Positions 1 through 11,598 of a stretch of 64,000 nucleotides of DNA are shown in pieces. Made by a program: the position numbers and the translations under genes. Source of the stretch: Geosiphon pyriformis uo1 (taxonomy: Eukaryota; Fungi; Glomeromycota); assembly GCA_016748015.1 (NCBI GenBank), contig JAAOMT010000660.1, forward strand, positions 201,875-265,874. Reading direction: 5' to 3'. Each line of letters opens with the position of its first letter. Position 1 is the stretch's first letter. A model generated the notes under the pieces. That model was not told the origin of the DNA. It saw nothing but the letters and a program-made list of their open reading frames with translations, and did no database searches.

Positions 1-1604
1 CATATAATACTTGCTGTAATCACAAATATACGCTTGACCAAGGAAGCGATCGAATATGTCACAGGAGAAGTAATCGCCAGGATTGAGAAAGCTAAAATAT
101 TTTGAACAAAATGGGTTGTACCATTTAGAAAGAAATAAAAAGCAACGGTCCAACCACTTTTCGTATTGGTGCTTAGAGTGTTTGGATCATGCACATGCTT
201 CGGCCAGAATCCTTCAATGAACAAGTAAATTCCGTCGTAATAAATCCACATTGGTGTCATAAATAGAAACGCGAAGGTACTGGAGTAGAACAAAAGATTG
301 AGTTTGTCGAGTTTTTTTCGCTCGGATCCATGATCCTGATTGAATAAGAGTTTCTTGGAGAAAATATTCTGCACTACAAATATTAAAGTTGACCCCATCG
401 CAAATATAAATCCAATGAAATTGGAAGTTGAATGGGATGAACAGGCAAGCATTACTCCTATGGTAAGTGGCATTAGCGAAATATAAACTGCAGAAGAATA
501 ATTGACTCGAAAGGCAAAACGATACAAAAGTACAGTGAAAAGGGGTGAAAGAGCCTAGTCAATGACATATCAAAAAAATTTAGTTTCCTGAAATAAAATT
601 CACCTTTAACCCTTGAAGACACATCTTACCTTTATTGTATGTACAAAACTAACGGGTACATGACTAGTCGCAACGCTCGAAAAGACATGGCCAAGAATTT
701 GAAATAAGCTCAGAGGAATTGTCTCTATGAGTATATGTTTAGTGGGACTTTTGATATGAGATAAACCCAGCAAGTTGGCGAATCCATAGCAATATATGAC
801 CACAAATCCAAATTGTATCCAGGTGAGCGTAATTGGATATCGAAAATGATTAAGAATTTGCTTTCCAATGTTATTTGTCACTGCCGATGAGGCGTACCAC
901 AAGATGCAATATATTATAAATTTGATAGTGTCGGTGTTGATCGAACCGAATAAAAATTCAAATAAATTGTTTAACCGATTGGTTGAGGGCAATGATTTCG
1001 AAATAGGTGAAGAAGGTTTTGAGCTGACCGGAATAACTTTTTCCTTTTGAACTGCCTCATACTTTTGTCGTAGCTTCCCTAGTAAACTGTTGGCCTTGTA
1101 AGGATGGCCAAAATCTAACGGCGGCAATGTAGAAAATTCATTATAGTTGTTGATGGGGAATTCATTTTTATTGTACGCTAACTGTGTACTTTGCGGTAAA
1201 GGGGTTGAAAAAGTAATGAAATCTTGATCGGATGAGATTAATGCGCGCTTCCTTGTAGGCCCTTGTCTTTGCTGATACCCGCTTATAATATAATTTGTAT
1301 CTATTTTAGGACCATCTTCAAAATCTGTTCTAAAATTATCTCTATTTGTACTTTGGTCATTTGCAATTTTGGGGGTTGGATGGGTAGAAAGAGAATGTTG
1401 AGAGTGAGATGAGGGAACTAAAGGTCGTTTCTTAAGTGGGTCATGCCTTATTTTATGTTTATGTGCAGATAATTTTGATGAATCTTCTGCCTCTGCAAAT
1501 GTCTTTAGCGAGGTTTTAAACTCCTCAGGTGATTCTAAAGTCACTTTCCTCATTAAAGGAGAGGGTATTGAATTTGGATCGGCTATTAGCATCTCTGATG
1601 CCAT
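1..1604 (-). CDS. SLY41: Triose-phosphate/nucleotide-sugar transporter family protein (SLY41/SLC35E1-like); 3' end runs off the window
   Basis: Exon 1 is 1604..630, then a GT..AG intron at 629..555, then exon 2 from 554 to <1. The spliced protein reads ...LWYASSAVTNNIGKQIL..YPITLTWIQF...VPVSFVHTIK|ALSPLFTV...QNIFSKKLL...LDKLNLLFYSS...TSPVTYSIASLVKRIFVI, which are TPT-family motifs, after a long disordered N-terminus. Confidence 0.85.
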
Positions 1605-2076
1605 TTTGGAGGTTGCCTAAGAATGATAGAAATCTTGGGTCAATTTGGACCCTAAAAAAAATTCAAAAGAGAAAGTAAATTTTTTTAACTCACCAACTAG
1701 TAAAGAAATGCAAATATTAAATATTAAATATTAATGTTTAATGTACAGTAATTGAGTTCAGAAAAGAATGTTCTAAAAGGATATCTATATTCTATAAAAA
1801 GTTTTCTGTAAAGTTGGTTAAGCCTTGTAAAAGGTCGAGATGGCGAAGTAAATTTCTACAACGACAAAATTCCCCCTAAGCACATTTCTGTTGTGATCTA
1901 AACCTATTCATTTAAATATTTTTCCGGCTTTTTAAACAGAGTTATTGATGCATACATTAATTGTTAGGATAATGAACGTGGGAAAAAATTCATCGTCAAA
2001 TTTATCACCCAAAAAAGTATAAGAATCTGGCACTTCGAAAAATTGATATCGCAAAACTTTTCTTTTGACGCGTACA

Positions 2077-4363
2077 ATGACCTCGGAAAGGTAAAATCGA
2101 TAAAACAATTATATAAATCTCTGAATTTTTGTATCATTCATCAAAATTCCTTGTAAAAAATATATAGGATTAACCCTGAATTGGATGATTTATCAATTTT
2201 TGAATTTTATATTGTTAAAAATCAATTATTTTCAAAGAAAAATATTGCTACTTGGTTCTGGCTTTGTCGCAGGGCCAACCGTCGAATACATTTTGCGACG
2301 ACCTGAAAACCACCTGACCATTGGTTAGCCATTTTAAACTTAATGTCTGATTAATCCCAAAAAAATTACGGGTATCTTACTCTCTGTCAGGAACAGCTGT
2401 TAGACACATTGAGCATGCTCGCGCACTAGCCAGCCAGTTTGCGCGTGCTAGACCTATTGCATTGGACGTGACGGATGAAAAAGCCCTTGATGATGCTGTT
2501 TCAAAACATGATCTCGTAATCAGGTGAATATTGACAGTTTTTGGCTTTTAAAGCGAGATTAATAAATTCGATGTTTCAAATCGAGGTTTTTAAAATATTT
2601 CCCTCAATAATGTACATAATCTTAGAAATTTTAAACACTATTCTCCTTTTTTAGTTTGATTCCATATACACTTCATCCGACAGTGATTAAATCAGCTATC
2701 AAATTCAAGAAACATGTTGTTACGACAAGCTATGTCTCTGATGCCATCAAGGAATTCGATCAAGCGTAAGCAAGCTTTGCAAAGTTAACCTTCGCAACCA
2801 TTATTTTATAATTGCGTTTTTTTTAGAGCAAAAGAGGCTGGCGTTACTCTCATGAATGAAATCGGCCTTGATCCTGGTATTTATAAATAGCCTCTTAATT
2901 ATTTATAAATACAGACCCTGACTAATATGTGACGTGTTAGGTATTGACCATCTTTACGCTGTTAAGACGATTAGCGAAGTACATTCCCAGGGTGGAAAGG
3001 TAAATGAAATAGGCCTCCGAATCTTACATATGGAGCAGGTTTCGCAAATTAATAAATAAACTTGTAAATAATAGATACTGTCCTTCATTTCCTACTGTGG
3101 GGGTCTTCCTGCACCTGAAAATTCAAATAATCCCCTGGGCTATAAATTCAGTTGGTCATCGCGTGGTGTTTTGCTTGCTCTAAGAAACCCAGCAAGCTTC
3201 TATCAAGATGGCAAGGTAATGTGTTCAGAGTAGGGAATTTGAATTTCATCTCAAAACTTATATATCTCAAATTAGATTGTTAGCATTCCTGGATCTGAGC
3301 TAATGGACTCTGCAAGACCATATCATATATACCCTGGTTTTGCATTTGTTGCGTATGCTAATCGTGATTCTACCTCATTCAAAGAACGTTATAAGATACC
3401 TGAAGCTCAAACGATCTTACGGGGTACTTTGCGATATCAGGTATTTTACAAAGTTCTAAGCTACACGTTATCAAGCTGCAAGAATTCTCTTTATTGATCA
3501 AAGTAATCATTTAAATTATAGGGATTCCCTTCGTTTGTGAAAGTCCTCGTTGAAATAGGACTCCTAGATGATACCCCAAAAGATTTTTTGGAATCTAACG
3601 CGCAAGATATAGCTTGGGTGCGTAAATTTTAAAGCATGTTTTCTTTGTGTGTTTGATTCGTTATATTCCTCATTTCCTCTCCTACTTTTCGATCAGAACT
3701 CAGTCTTGGCACGACTTTTGGGTAGTCCTAGTACCTCGGAAACGTGAGTATTGTATTTAGAAAGTCTTTTGAATATAGTTAGGAATCTCTATTTGACTCA
3801 TGACTTTTAAATCGGCCTTATTAAAGTGAGCTTCGTGCGTCGGTTTTATCAAAAACTAAGGTTTCAGGTGACGATATTGAGAGAGTTTTGTATGGATTTA
3901 AATGGTTAGGATTATTCTCGTCGGACTTGGTACACCGAAGAAAAACGTTGCTTGACACGCTTTGTGCAACACTAGAAGAAAAAATGCAGTATGGTGAGGG
4001 TGAACGTGATATGGTATTGCTACAACATAAATTCGAGGTGGAAAACAAAGATGGCTCAAAGGTATTATCTTATTATCTTCGATCTTTAAACAGCTTAATT
4101 GAATTTTAGCACCAGTTCAATCAAGAGTTCTTTTATTTATTTAGGAAACTCGCACTTCGACCCTTTTGGCTTATGGAAAGCCAAAAGGCCCATCAGCCAT
4201 GGCTACCACAGTTGGTGTTCCATGCGGTATTGCAACGCAGTTAATCCTTGATGGGGTTATCAAGCAAAAAGGTGTTCTGGCACCTTATACCCCAGAAATA
4301 AATAATCCGATTATTGAAGCTCTGGAAAAAGAGGGCATTATAGTATTAGAGGAGAAATTGTAA
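2077..4363 (+). CDS. LYS9: Saccharopine dehydrogenase (NADP+, L-glutamate forming), alpha-aminoadipate lysine pathway; about 12 exons
   Basis: ATG at 2077 (MTSE, micro-exon to 2090). Spliced exons give [101 protein letters not shown] and [14 protein letters not shown], with TAA at 4361-4363. Introns are GT..AG. Confidence 0.95.
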
Positions 4364-4621
4364 ACCTTAATAGAAAGGATTTGAGTCTAATTCTTCCAAA
4401 ATATGATGCTTATTCAAACTTAGAGGAAAGCTATATGCAGAAATTAATTATCAAATTATGGAAGCTTTCATGAGAATGATTTGCTGTGTCACTAAATAAT
4501 GTTTAACTGCTTGAAGCTTCAGAAAAATATCCAGTTTTACTTGCACTTTTCAATCCTTAAGTTGACCTTGAGCTGGATTTTTTCAAATTTAATAACACAT
4601 GCATGTGTATTGATCAAATGT

Positions 4622-6350
4622 TCATTGGAACCTCAAAATCTGTTTGACTCCGTGTGAATTAGGGTAAGCTTTATCAAGAACCTCGTGAAATTGAGTCAAA
4701 GATTTTTTTAGGTCAGATTCACCGCCCCAATTTGTCTCTTGAACAGAAGAAACTTCCAATTTTCCTTGATTAATCAACGCAATTAGATCGTCCAACATTT
4801 CACGATACTCCTTTTTCGAATGTGTCTCCTTCCATTTAGCCATCCAAAAGCCAACGAAGTGCAAATTTCGAAATATTAACAGTGATGCAGAAATTCGAAT
4901 TGGTTTCCGTCCCATTGAGCCATAGGTTACGTAATATCCAGAGTTGCTTTAAAAGTTTAAGTTGACGTTAAGTAAGTTTGAAGAAGCTGATGAATTATGA
5001 ATTTTGCCGTACATGCCTCAAATATTTCGCAAACATAGTCGCCACTTCACCACCAACACAATTTAACGCAAGTCGCACTCTATCTGCCCCTTGCTCGCCC
5101 ACGAATTGTTCTTTATTCAAATACTTTTTCCCAAAATCATCTTCATTCAACACATATGTTTTGAGGTTAGGTAAATTACCCCCCAGTGATTCTAATCGCA
5201 ATTTTAACTCATCAAAATTCGGTCTGGGAACGAAAATTGAAATTAGCTGATGATCCAGGAAAATAAGAGGATTACTCGAGCACCAGAGTTTATTTCCATA
5301 ATTTACCGATTTCGCACAATATTGATGGTGTTAATGCCCCAAGCTTTGGCAAGCTGTATCACTGCCTGTCCAACACCGCTATTGGCTCCATTCTGTATAA
5401 TGAAGTCACCTTTAAACATAAACAATTTTTACATTTGACGGGAATTAAGGGAATTTTAATTAAATTACCCTCATAAAATAGACCTTTAAACGAACCTTCT
5501 TGCAGCTTCACAAAGTCCTTCAACATGCGATACGCGGTAGCAATATTCACCGTTATTGTTGCTGCCTTAATTACATCAATACAATTTGGCTCAATACGTA
5601 TAACGTCCACAGGTTTGGCGACGGCATGAGTGCGCCAGGTTCCTAAATAAAAATGAATCATAAAAAAATTATCTTGTTACAATCCCAGCTGGCAAAATAA
5701 ACTTACCAAAGCCAGATTTAGCCATAACAGCCCAGTCACCTATCTTTAATCCCTCCACATCTTTACCAACTGCAATAATCTCAGCGAGACCTTCATTCCC
5801 AGCAACGGCTACTTGATCCTCAGTATCCAATTCTTTGTTAAACAGCGGTCTTATCGGATAAACACCCTCAATCTGATTAAAATCAGAAGGGTTTAGCGGA
5901 GAAGCTATGAAACGAAGGTATATTGTTTCTGAAGTGAGTGGCGCTAGACGATGTTTATGAACTCTAATTACAGAAGAAAATGGACAAATGAGGAAGATCT
6001 TGAGGAAAATTCAAAGGCTTTTCGAGATTGATAAAACAACTTTTCATTCGATTTAGCACAAAAGTGTTTCTAATAATGGCAAGAATGCAGAACCTCAAGA
6101 CCTCTTTAGGTTCCCCGTTTGCTGCGTATACAAGAGCTTTAGCTTCAGGATTCTCACTTGACTGTGTGCTTGTAGTCGTATTTAGCCTAGTATTAGTACG
6201 CCGCAAAACCCCTAGACTTGAGTTTATTTTCCTTAGACTTTTTGTTTCCGAAATAAAACCTAAACATTGGCCGAATTTTATGCTGTAACCCCTCTTAGAG
6301 GCTTTGGCTGAAAAGTGTGAAAATTTAATTTGACGTAGAGAAGGAATCAT
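4622..6350 (-). CDS. ETR1: Mitochondrial trans-2-enoyl-ACP/CoA reductase (Etr1/MECR, MDR superfamily); about 6 exons
   Basis: ATG at 6350 starts a basic, Ser-rich presequence-like N-terminus. Exons encode [75 protein letters not shown] and [14 protein letters not shown]. Stop at 4622-4624. Confidence 0.93.
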
Positions 6351-6617
6351 TACAAAATAGGAATGCACTTGTCAAAGTGATAAAATGTGGGGTGAAAGGA
6401 AAAAACTTTTTAATCACGGGATCAGATAATGATCATAACTAGATATGCTAGGCAAACACGTGATATCAAAGTCATTACTGATAAAATAACATCTAGTAAA
6501 ACTCCCTTTAACCTGGTAAAAACGATTTCACATTGATAAATTATGTATAGAATATCTCTTTTCAAACTCCGCCTCTTTATCCATCTGCTTGATTACTGGA
6601 TAAGACGATCATAATAT

Positions 6618-8666
6618 TTAACGAGTAACATAGCCATCCCTGAGCCTAAGGATGCTTTGACCTTCAGGAGAATTTTTGTCAATCGCGGAGACCTTTTTTA
6701 CTAAAGTGAGCAAGATTTTTGTGTTCCTTGAATCGGCCTTGATTTTAGGCCTCAAAACCTCAATAAGATCCTTAGTGGACATGCCTCCTCGACTAATCAG
6801 CCCTACGACCTCTGCCTCCGTAATTGGGTCAGTTGGTCTTTGAGGCTGGGAAGTGGATGACGAAGTTTGAGAAGTCGTGTTTGCTGATACTACTACAGAT
6901 TTCTTGGTAGTTAATTTGACTTTTTTGGCAGGGTCATTTGTCGACCTGTCATCGTGAGATCTCTTCCCCTGTTTGAGACTTGCATCAGGCGGATAGGAAG
7001 ATATTTCGGTTTTGATTTTTTTGGCAGGTTGGTTTGCCTCATCACGAAGTCGCTTTGTAGGTGAATTTATTGAAGTGGATGATTGAGATTGTTTGATTGT
7101 GACTGTTGATTTGCTTCCAGAACTGGCTCCAGTACCAGAAGTGGCAATCGCACCACTCTTGGAAGTCGATTGAGACTTGGATATAGTTTTGACACCTGAA
7201 GAAGGTGCCTTGGACTTCTTGTGAGAATCAATTTCTGTAGAAACTACAGAGGATTTCTTATTTGTGATATTAGCCTTAGTAACAGATCCTGTTTTGGCGT
7301 TTTGTGCAGTCTTTGGCTTTTTAGGGGTATTATCGGAACTAGACGAAGCAGCTTTTGAAGATTTTGTAACAGTAGTCTTTGGCTTTTTGCCAGTAGTCGA
7401 TGCTGCGCCTTTACTTTTAAGGGGGTTAGTGACTCCTTTAGCAAATAATGAAGGCATCTTCGAGGTGGAAGCGTTAACTGGGGGTCTTTGAGGACTGCCT
7501 CCAACTTCTTCCACCTCCGATTCTTCATCAAGACTACTAATGTATGGATTTTCGTCCTCTTCATCAGAAACATAAGCTTCATTATCTTCAAGCTGTCTTA
7601 CTAAACGCTTCATATCCTTTCCAGCTGTGGTTAAGTCTTCCTGTTCTTCCTCCTCAGAATCATCTTTTTCTTCCTCTTGTTTTACAGTTGCTTTTCGAAT
7701 AGATTTCTTTACTTTGATCTCTACTTCTTTTTCCTCATCGTCCTTCGCATCACCAGCGAGTTCTTCGTCATCTTCGAATTCCAATTCAAAGTCTACTTCG
7801 TCATCATCTTCCTCTTTATGTCTTCCCATGTCTTCATCATCAGAATCACGCGATTCAACCGTTTTTAAAAGTGTCTTACTATCATATAAACCACCTTCGG
7901 CTTCCAGTAATTTATCTTCTTCGCTTGGTTTGGATTGAAGTGAACGCATCATCCAGCGTGATTCCTTCTTTTGTTGTTTTTGCATAGCTTCTTCAGCTTC
8001 TTCTATTGACAAAACGCGATGCTTAATTTTTGACTTGAATTTGTACCATCTATCAACCGGGATAACTTTGAAACCATTTGCGGTCACAATGAATAAACAA
8101 TACGTTGCTCGCAAACCACCCTCCATTTCGCCAATGTATGTATTTTTTTCATCATAATCGGTTAGGATCCATGGTTTGTCTTCCTCCTTTTTTAACTTGC
8201 GACTCTCGGGAGAAGCAAGATAGATTTGTTTCGTTCGTTTTTTAAATAGCATTTGCTTGTTTCTTGTGGCACCACCATAAGGGGCGATTAGAGAAGTGTC
8301 GGCACCAGTGGACGTTTGAAGAGTGCCAACGGACTGTGCACCTTTCCCGTGGCTTCTTCCCGAAGTTATTACGGAATTGTTTCCACCACGACCAATATTT
8401 GTTGACGCAGAAGAAGTGCCGATTGTTGATGGATGTGGGGCATTGGGGTCTCCACGATATAGTTTAACGGGTGGAGTAAAGGTTTTGAGATTTACATCCT
8501 TATTGAATCTCATAAGATTCACCTTGTTCTTTTTCCTAACCACTGTTGACCATAGTGGATAGTCAGTGAACTTTTCACCTGGTCCTAATGGTTGAGGATT
8601 CGGCGAAGGGTTGTATTCGTTCAGTTCGGCTTGCTGTGCTGAATTTTGTTGATATCGGTAAGACAT
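6618..8666 (-). CDS. TFG1: Transcription initiation factor TFIIF large subunit (Tfg1/RAP74), apparently intronless, 682 aa
   Basis: Contains IAPYGG..FKKRTKQIY, PWILTDYD..YIGEMEGG, GFKVIPVDRWYKF and LSIEEAEEAM, an acidic middle region, and a C-terminal winged-helix-like segment ITEAEVVGLISRGGMSTKDLI. Confidence 0.92.
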   Translation of the reverse strand: MSYRYQQNSAQQAELNEYNPSPNPQPLGPGEKFTDYPLWSTVVRKKNKVNLMRFNKDVNLKTFTPPVKLYRGDPNAPHPSTIGTSSASTNIGRGGNNSVITSGRSHGKGAQSVGTLQTSTGADTSLIAPYGGATRNKQMLFKKRTKQIYLASPESRKLKKEEDKPWILTDYDEKNTYIGEMEGGLRATYCLFIVTANGFKVIPVDRWYKFKSKIKHRVLSIEEAEEAMQKQQKKESRWMMRSLQSKPSEEDKLLEAEGGLYDSKTLLKTVESRDSDDEDMGRHKEEDDDEVDFELEFEDDEELAGDAKDDEEKEVEIKVKKSIRKATVKQEEEKDDSEEEEQEDLTTAGKDMKRLVRQLEDNEAYVSDEEDENPYISSLDEESEVEEVGGSPQRPPVNASTSKMPSLFAKGVTNPLKSKGAASTTGKKPKTTVTKSSKAASSSSDNTPKKPKTAQNAKTGSVTKANITNKKSSVVSTEIDSHKKSKAPSSGVKTISKSQSTSKSGAIATSGTGASSGSKSTVTIKQSQSSTSINSPTKRLRDEANQPAKKIKTEISSYPPDASLKQGKRSHDDRSTNDPAKKVKLTTKKSVVVSANTTSQTSSSTSQPQRPTDPITEAEVVGLISRGGMSTKDLIEVLRPKIKADSRNTKILLTLVKKVSAIDKNSPEGQSILRLRDGYVTR

Positions 8667-8889
8667 TGCGTTCCACTAAAATGAAGTATCAACGCAATTT
8701 TTATCCGTTTAGCTGGTATACAAAGCGATCACAGAATGTAATATGATAGCATATGAGTTCAATAATGTAAAAAAAAAATTAATATATAAATAATCAAGTA
8801 AAATTATTAATATAATAATTAAACAAATAAATATTTTAAAAACATATTAACAGCTTCATTGCTTCATAAAATTCTGAGATCTTATAAAT

Positions 8890-9094
8890 AGCCATGACTC
8901 ACGCATTTTCTATATGTGACTAGCCACCCGAGCCAGTCTAGGCTAATACAGCCATCGCAACTAGACTAATCATACAGCTTGAAGCTTTTAAAGAACCAAC
9001 CATATTATCAGGCAAATCATTCACGTCATACTCCACTTTAAGCTTACAAAATTGCCAATGTTTTTCTTTATTACAAAAGCATTTTTCTTAGCAT
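8890..9094 (-). mobile_element. Relic 3' end of a LINE
   Basis: The minus strand reads tggctcgggtggctagtcacatatagaaaatgcgtgagtca, matching the 3' UTR motif of both large LINEs (16254-16295 and 30110-30150). Truncated at 9095 by an LTR relic. Confidence 0.6.
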
Positions 9095-9514
9095 TGTTAC
9101 CAAATTATCCTTATAATTCTTATTATCAATTAACATATAATATTATTTTAATTTTATTACTTATTATTTAATTAAATTATTAAATACCACTATTCAATTA
9201 ATAATTCAATTTACATAATATACAAATATAACTAAATGTAATAATTAGATTATATAATATTTTAAACTATATAATATTCAAAAATTTGTTAAAATATTTA
9301 ACAGCTTACCAAAATATTTAATAAGTTTACCAAAATACATATTTAAACATTAAAAAATTTGTTGAAATATTACAAAATTAAAATATTTAATTCTATATAT
9401 TAAATAATATTAAACTAAAAACATTCTTTTCATTAATTATTTAATTTATATACTAATCATAAAAATTTATATTTTTATTTAATAAATTATTATTAAAAAA
9501 ACAAATATGTTAAA
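9095..9514 (+). mobile_element. Old, heavily mutated LTR fragment related to the family-C LTR
   Basis: Starts TGTTACC and aligns with the U3 of 49797-50120 (e.g. aactatataatattcaaaa, decayed ttaccaaaatat repeats) once C>T/G>A changes are allowed. Interrupted by the LINE at 9515. Confidence 0.6.
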
Positions 9515-9644
9515 AAACTTTTTCTTTTGTTAATCTCTTAACCACAATAAGAGCAAAATTTTACCAAAGTTTTAATTGGTTTTTTTTCTTTTTCTTCTTG
9601 TTTTTTCTCTAATTATTTCTTCCAACTTTCCTCTTTTTGTTGCT

Positions 9645-11598
9645 ATAGATCCAGTAGGCACTTCTACTGATGATTTTGGTTTGAGCTTGGCTGGTTTGGG
9701 AATCTGTTTGAGTACTAAGAAAAAACATATAAAAAGCATTTATTCTTGAAGTATATCTTATAAAAAGCCAAAAAAACTTGTTGTAAGCATCAGTATGATC
9801 GATTCATCTACTGGTCTGTTAAATCTCATGGATATTGGTGTCTTTGGTAAGAAGCCTATGGTGTCATAAGATAGCAAAGTTGGAAGTAAAACTAGTAGTG
9901 TTAGCAGTCTTTTGGACATAAAAGATATAAAAAATTTGGTTGCTAAGAAAACAAGCTATGCTGATTCGAATAATTTGATGGTTAATGATATTATAGATAA
10001 TACCATGTCATAGAAAACTCACATTCATACATATATGCTGGAGCAGCCTCCAAAACCTCCTGTCTTTAAAAATCTGAGTAACAATAGCAATGTTTTAATG
10101 CTTCTGTCATCCAAATTCAATGGTTCTAAACAGCTTCTATTGGCCAAGTCACATATTTTAGAAAAATGAAGTTTCAATTTGGTGAAGTCATTTGCTTTGG
10201 ATATTGAATTGTCTGCTGTTTCTGGCAAAACTTCAGGTGATAAATTGCTGTGTGTTAAAAAGATTTTTTATTGTGTGAATGGTTTTGGAGGAGTTTCTAT
10301 TCCTTCAAAATTCCCAGAGATTATTAGGTTATCTTTTACTTCAGAATCTAATTTAATAAAGGCAAGAGATTTGGCTGTCAGTGAGAAAATTTTAGTCAAT
10401 AATGAGGTAAGAAAAATAAACAGCTAATCAGATTGAGAAGTAATCATCAAAAAAATCCTAGTAGATCTTCTCAAATCAGCATCGAAATCTGTGTTCTTCA
10501 AATTTAGTCAGGTAATTTCGATTAGAATACAACTGATTGGGCTTTGGCAAAAGGCTATAGTGGAATTTGAATTATCAGATGTGACTAGTTCAGTTACTTC
10601 CAAGTGGTCAGTTTTCATAGATAAAAATTTTATGCATATGGCTTTGACTGTTAATAACAAAGAGTTATGAATATTAAGAGATCAGTATTGTGTTTTATTA
10701 TATACTCTTCTTGTTGGCACTATAGCTTATGATTTTTCTGAGTTGGTAGAAGCTTATGATGAGAAAACTTGTTTTATTGGCTGTAATCCCAATTCATATG
10801 TGCATAATAGATATATGATAGTGTATTTTGTAGATAAAACATTCAAATTGGCTGTTATTGGTTTTATTTTAGTGTTTAAGGGTGTGAATTTGTGTTGGAC
10901 TAAACTTTCTTTGGTCTATTGTGCTCAATATAAACAATTCAGTCATATATTTGTTGACTGTACAATAGGTGGTAATTTTGGTGGTTGTGGTAAGTAGGTG
11001 GTTATTTCTTAGGATCAGATTCATCTGGCCAACATATATAAAAAAAAGCAAACTCTAATTGCTTGTCCAGTTTCTTTTGTAATAAAACTTGGGCTCAAGT
11101 TGCTGGTGGTGCTTCTTCTCAAGTGCTTTCTTCAGTTAGTTTTGGTGCTGGCTTATTTTCAGATGTGAAGTTGCCTCTGTTTAACTCCAGTCCTTTTGAA
11201 ATTTCTTGTTTGAATGATCATTTGACATTTCTAGAATGCTTCTTAGAGCTCTTGTCTGACTAGGTTTCTGGTATTCTAAGAAAGTTGAGTTTTTTTGAAT
11301 TAACACCTTTGGCTTTTTTTTTCTGTATTTCTTCTCTGGCCACTCTTGTTTGTGGCTTTGGTTTCAAATTCGAATATGGCTGTAAATGATATGTTGCTAT
11401 CTGTTGTCTCCTCTCTTTTGGTTGTTATTGACAAGCCTACTAATCATTTTGGCCCAAGCAGTTCAAAGATTCTAACCTTTAGGATGGGCAGTTTGGAGCA
11501 AAAATAGTAATCTTAAAAGTATTAGTTAATTCAGTTTTGGCAAAATTGGATATTTTGTGTTTGAGTTTGGGTTCTTTGTTAATCTATCCCACCCATAA
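9645..11598 (+). pseudogene. LINE1 ORF1 (gag-like nucleic-acid-binding protein)
   Basis: Decayed start ATA-DPVG at 9645. Contains RRM-like segments (VNGFGGVSIPSKFPEIIRLSFTSE) and a decayed zinc knuckle CAQYKQFSHIFVDC (~10920-10960). Many stops arise from transitions. Confidence 0.75.

Noticed and set aside
2068-2073. ACGCGT (MCB-like) before LYS9 and CACGTG (6457-6462) before ETR1
   Set aside because: Single hexamers expected by chance; no supporting evidence.
1605-2076. Spermidine synthase-LYS9 fusion as in basidiomycetes
   Set aside because: Only ~470 bp separate the LYS9 start from the divergent transporter gene, leaving no room or motifs for SPE3.
7244-8562. Several overlapping and antisense ORFs within TFG1
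   Set aside because: Shadows of a low-complexity coding region; no independent motifs.
1-8666. Functional gene cluster
   Set aside because: The four genes act in unrelated processes (transport, lysine synthesis, mitochondrial fatty acid synthesis, transcription); an ordinary gene island.
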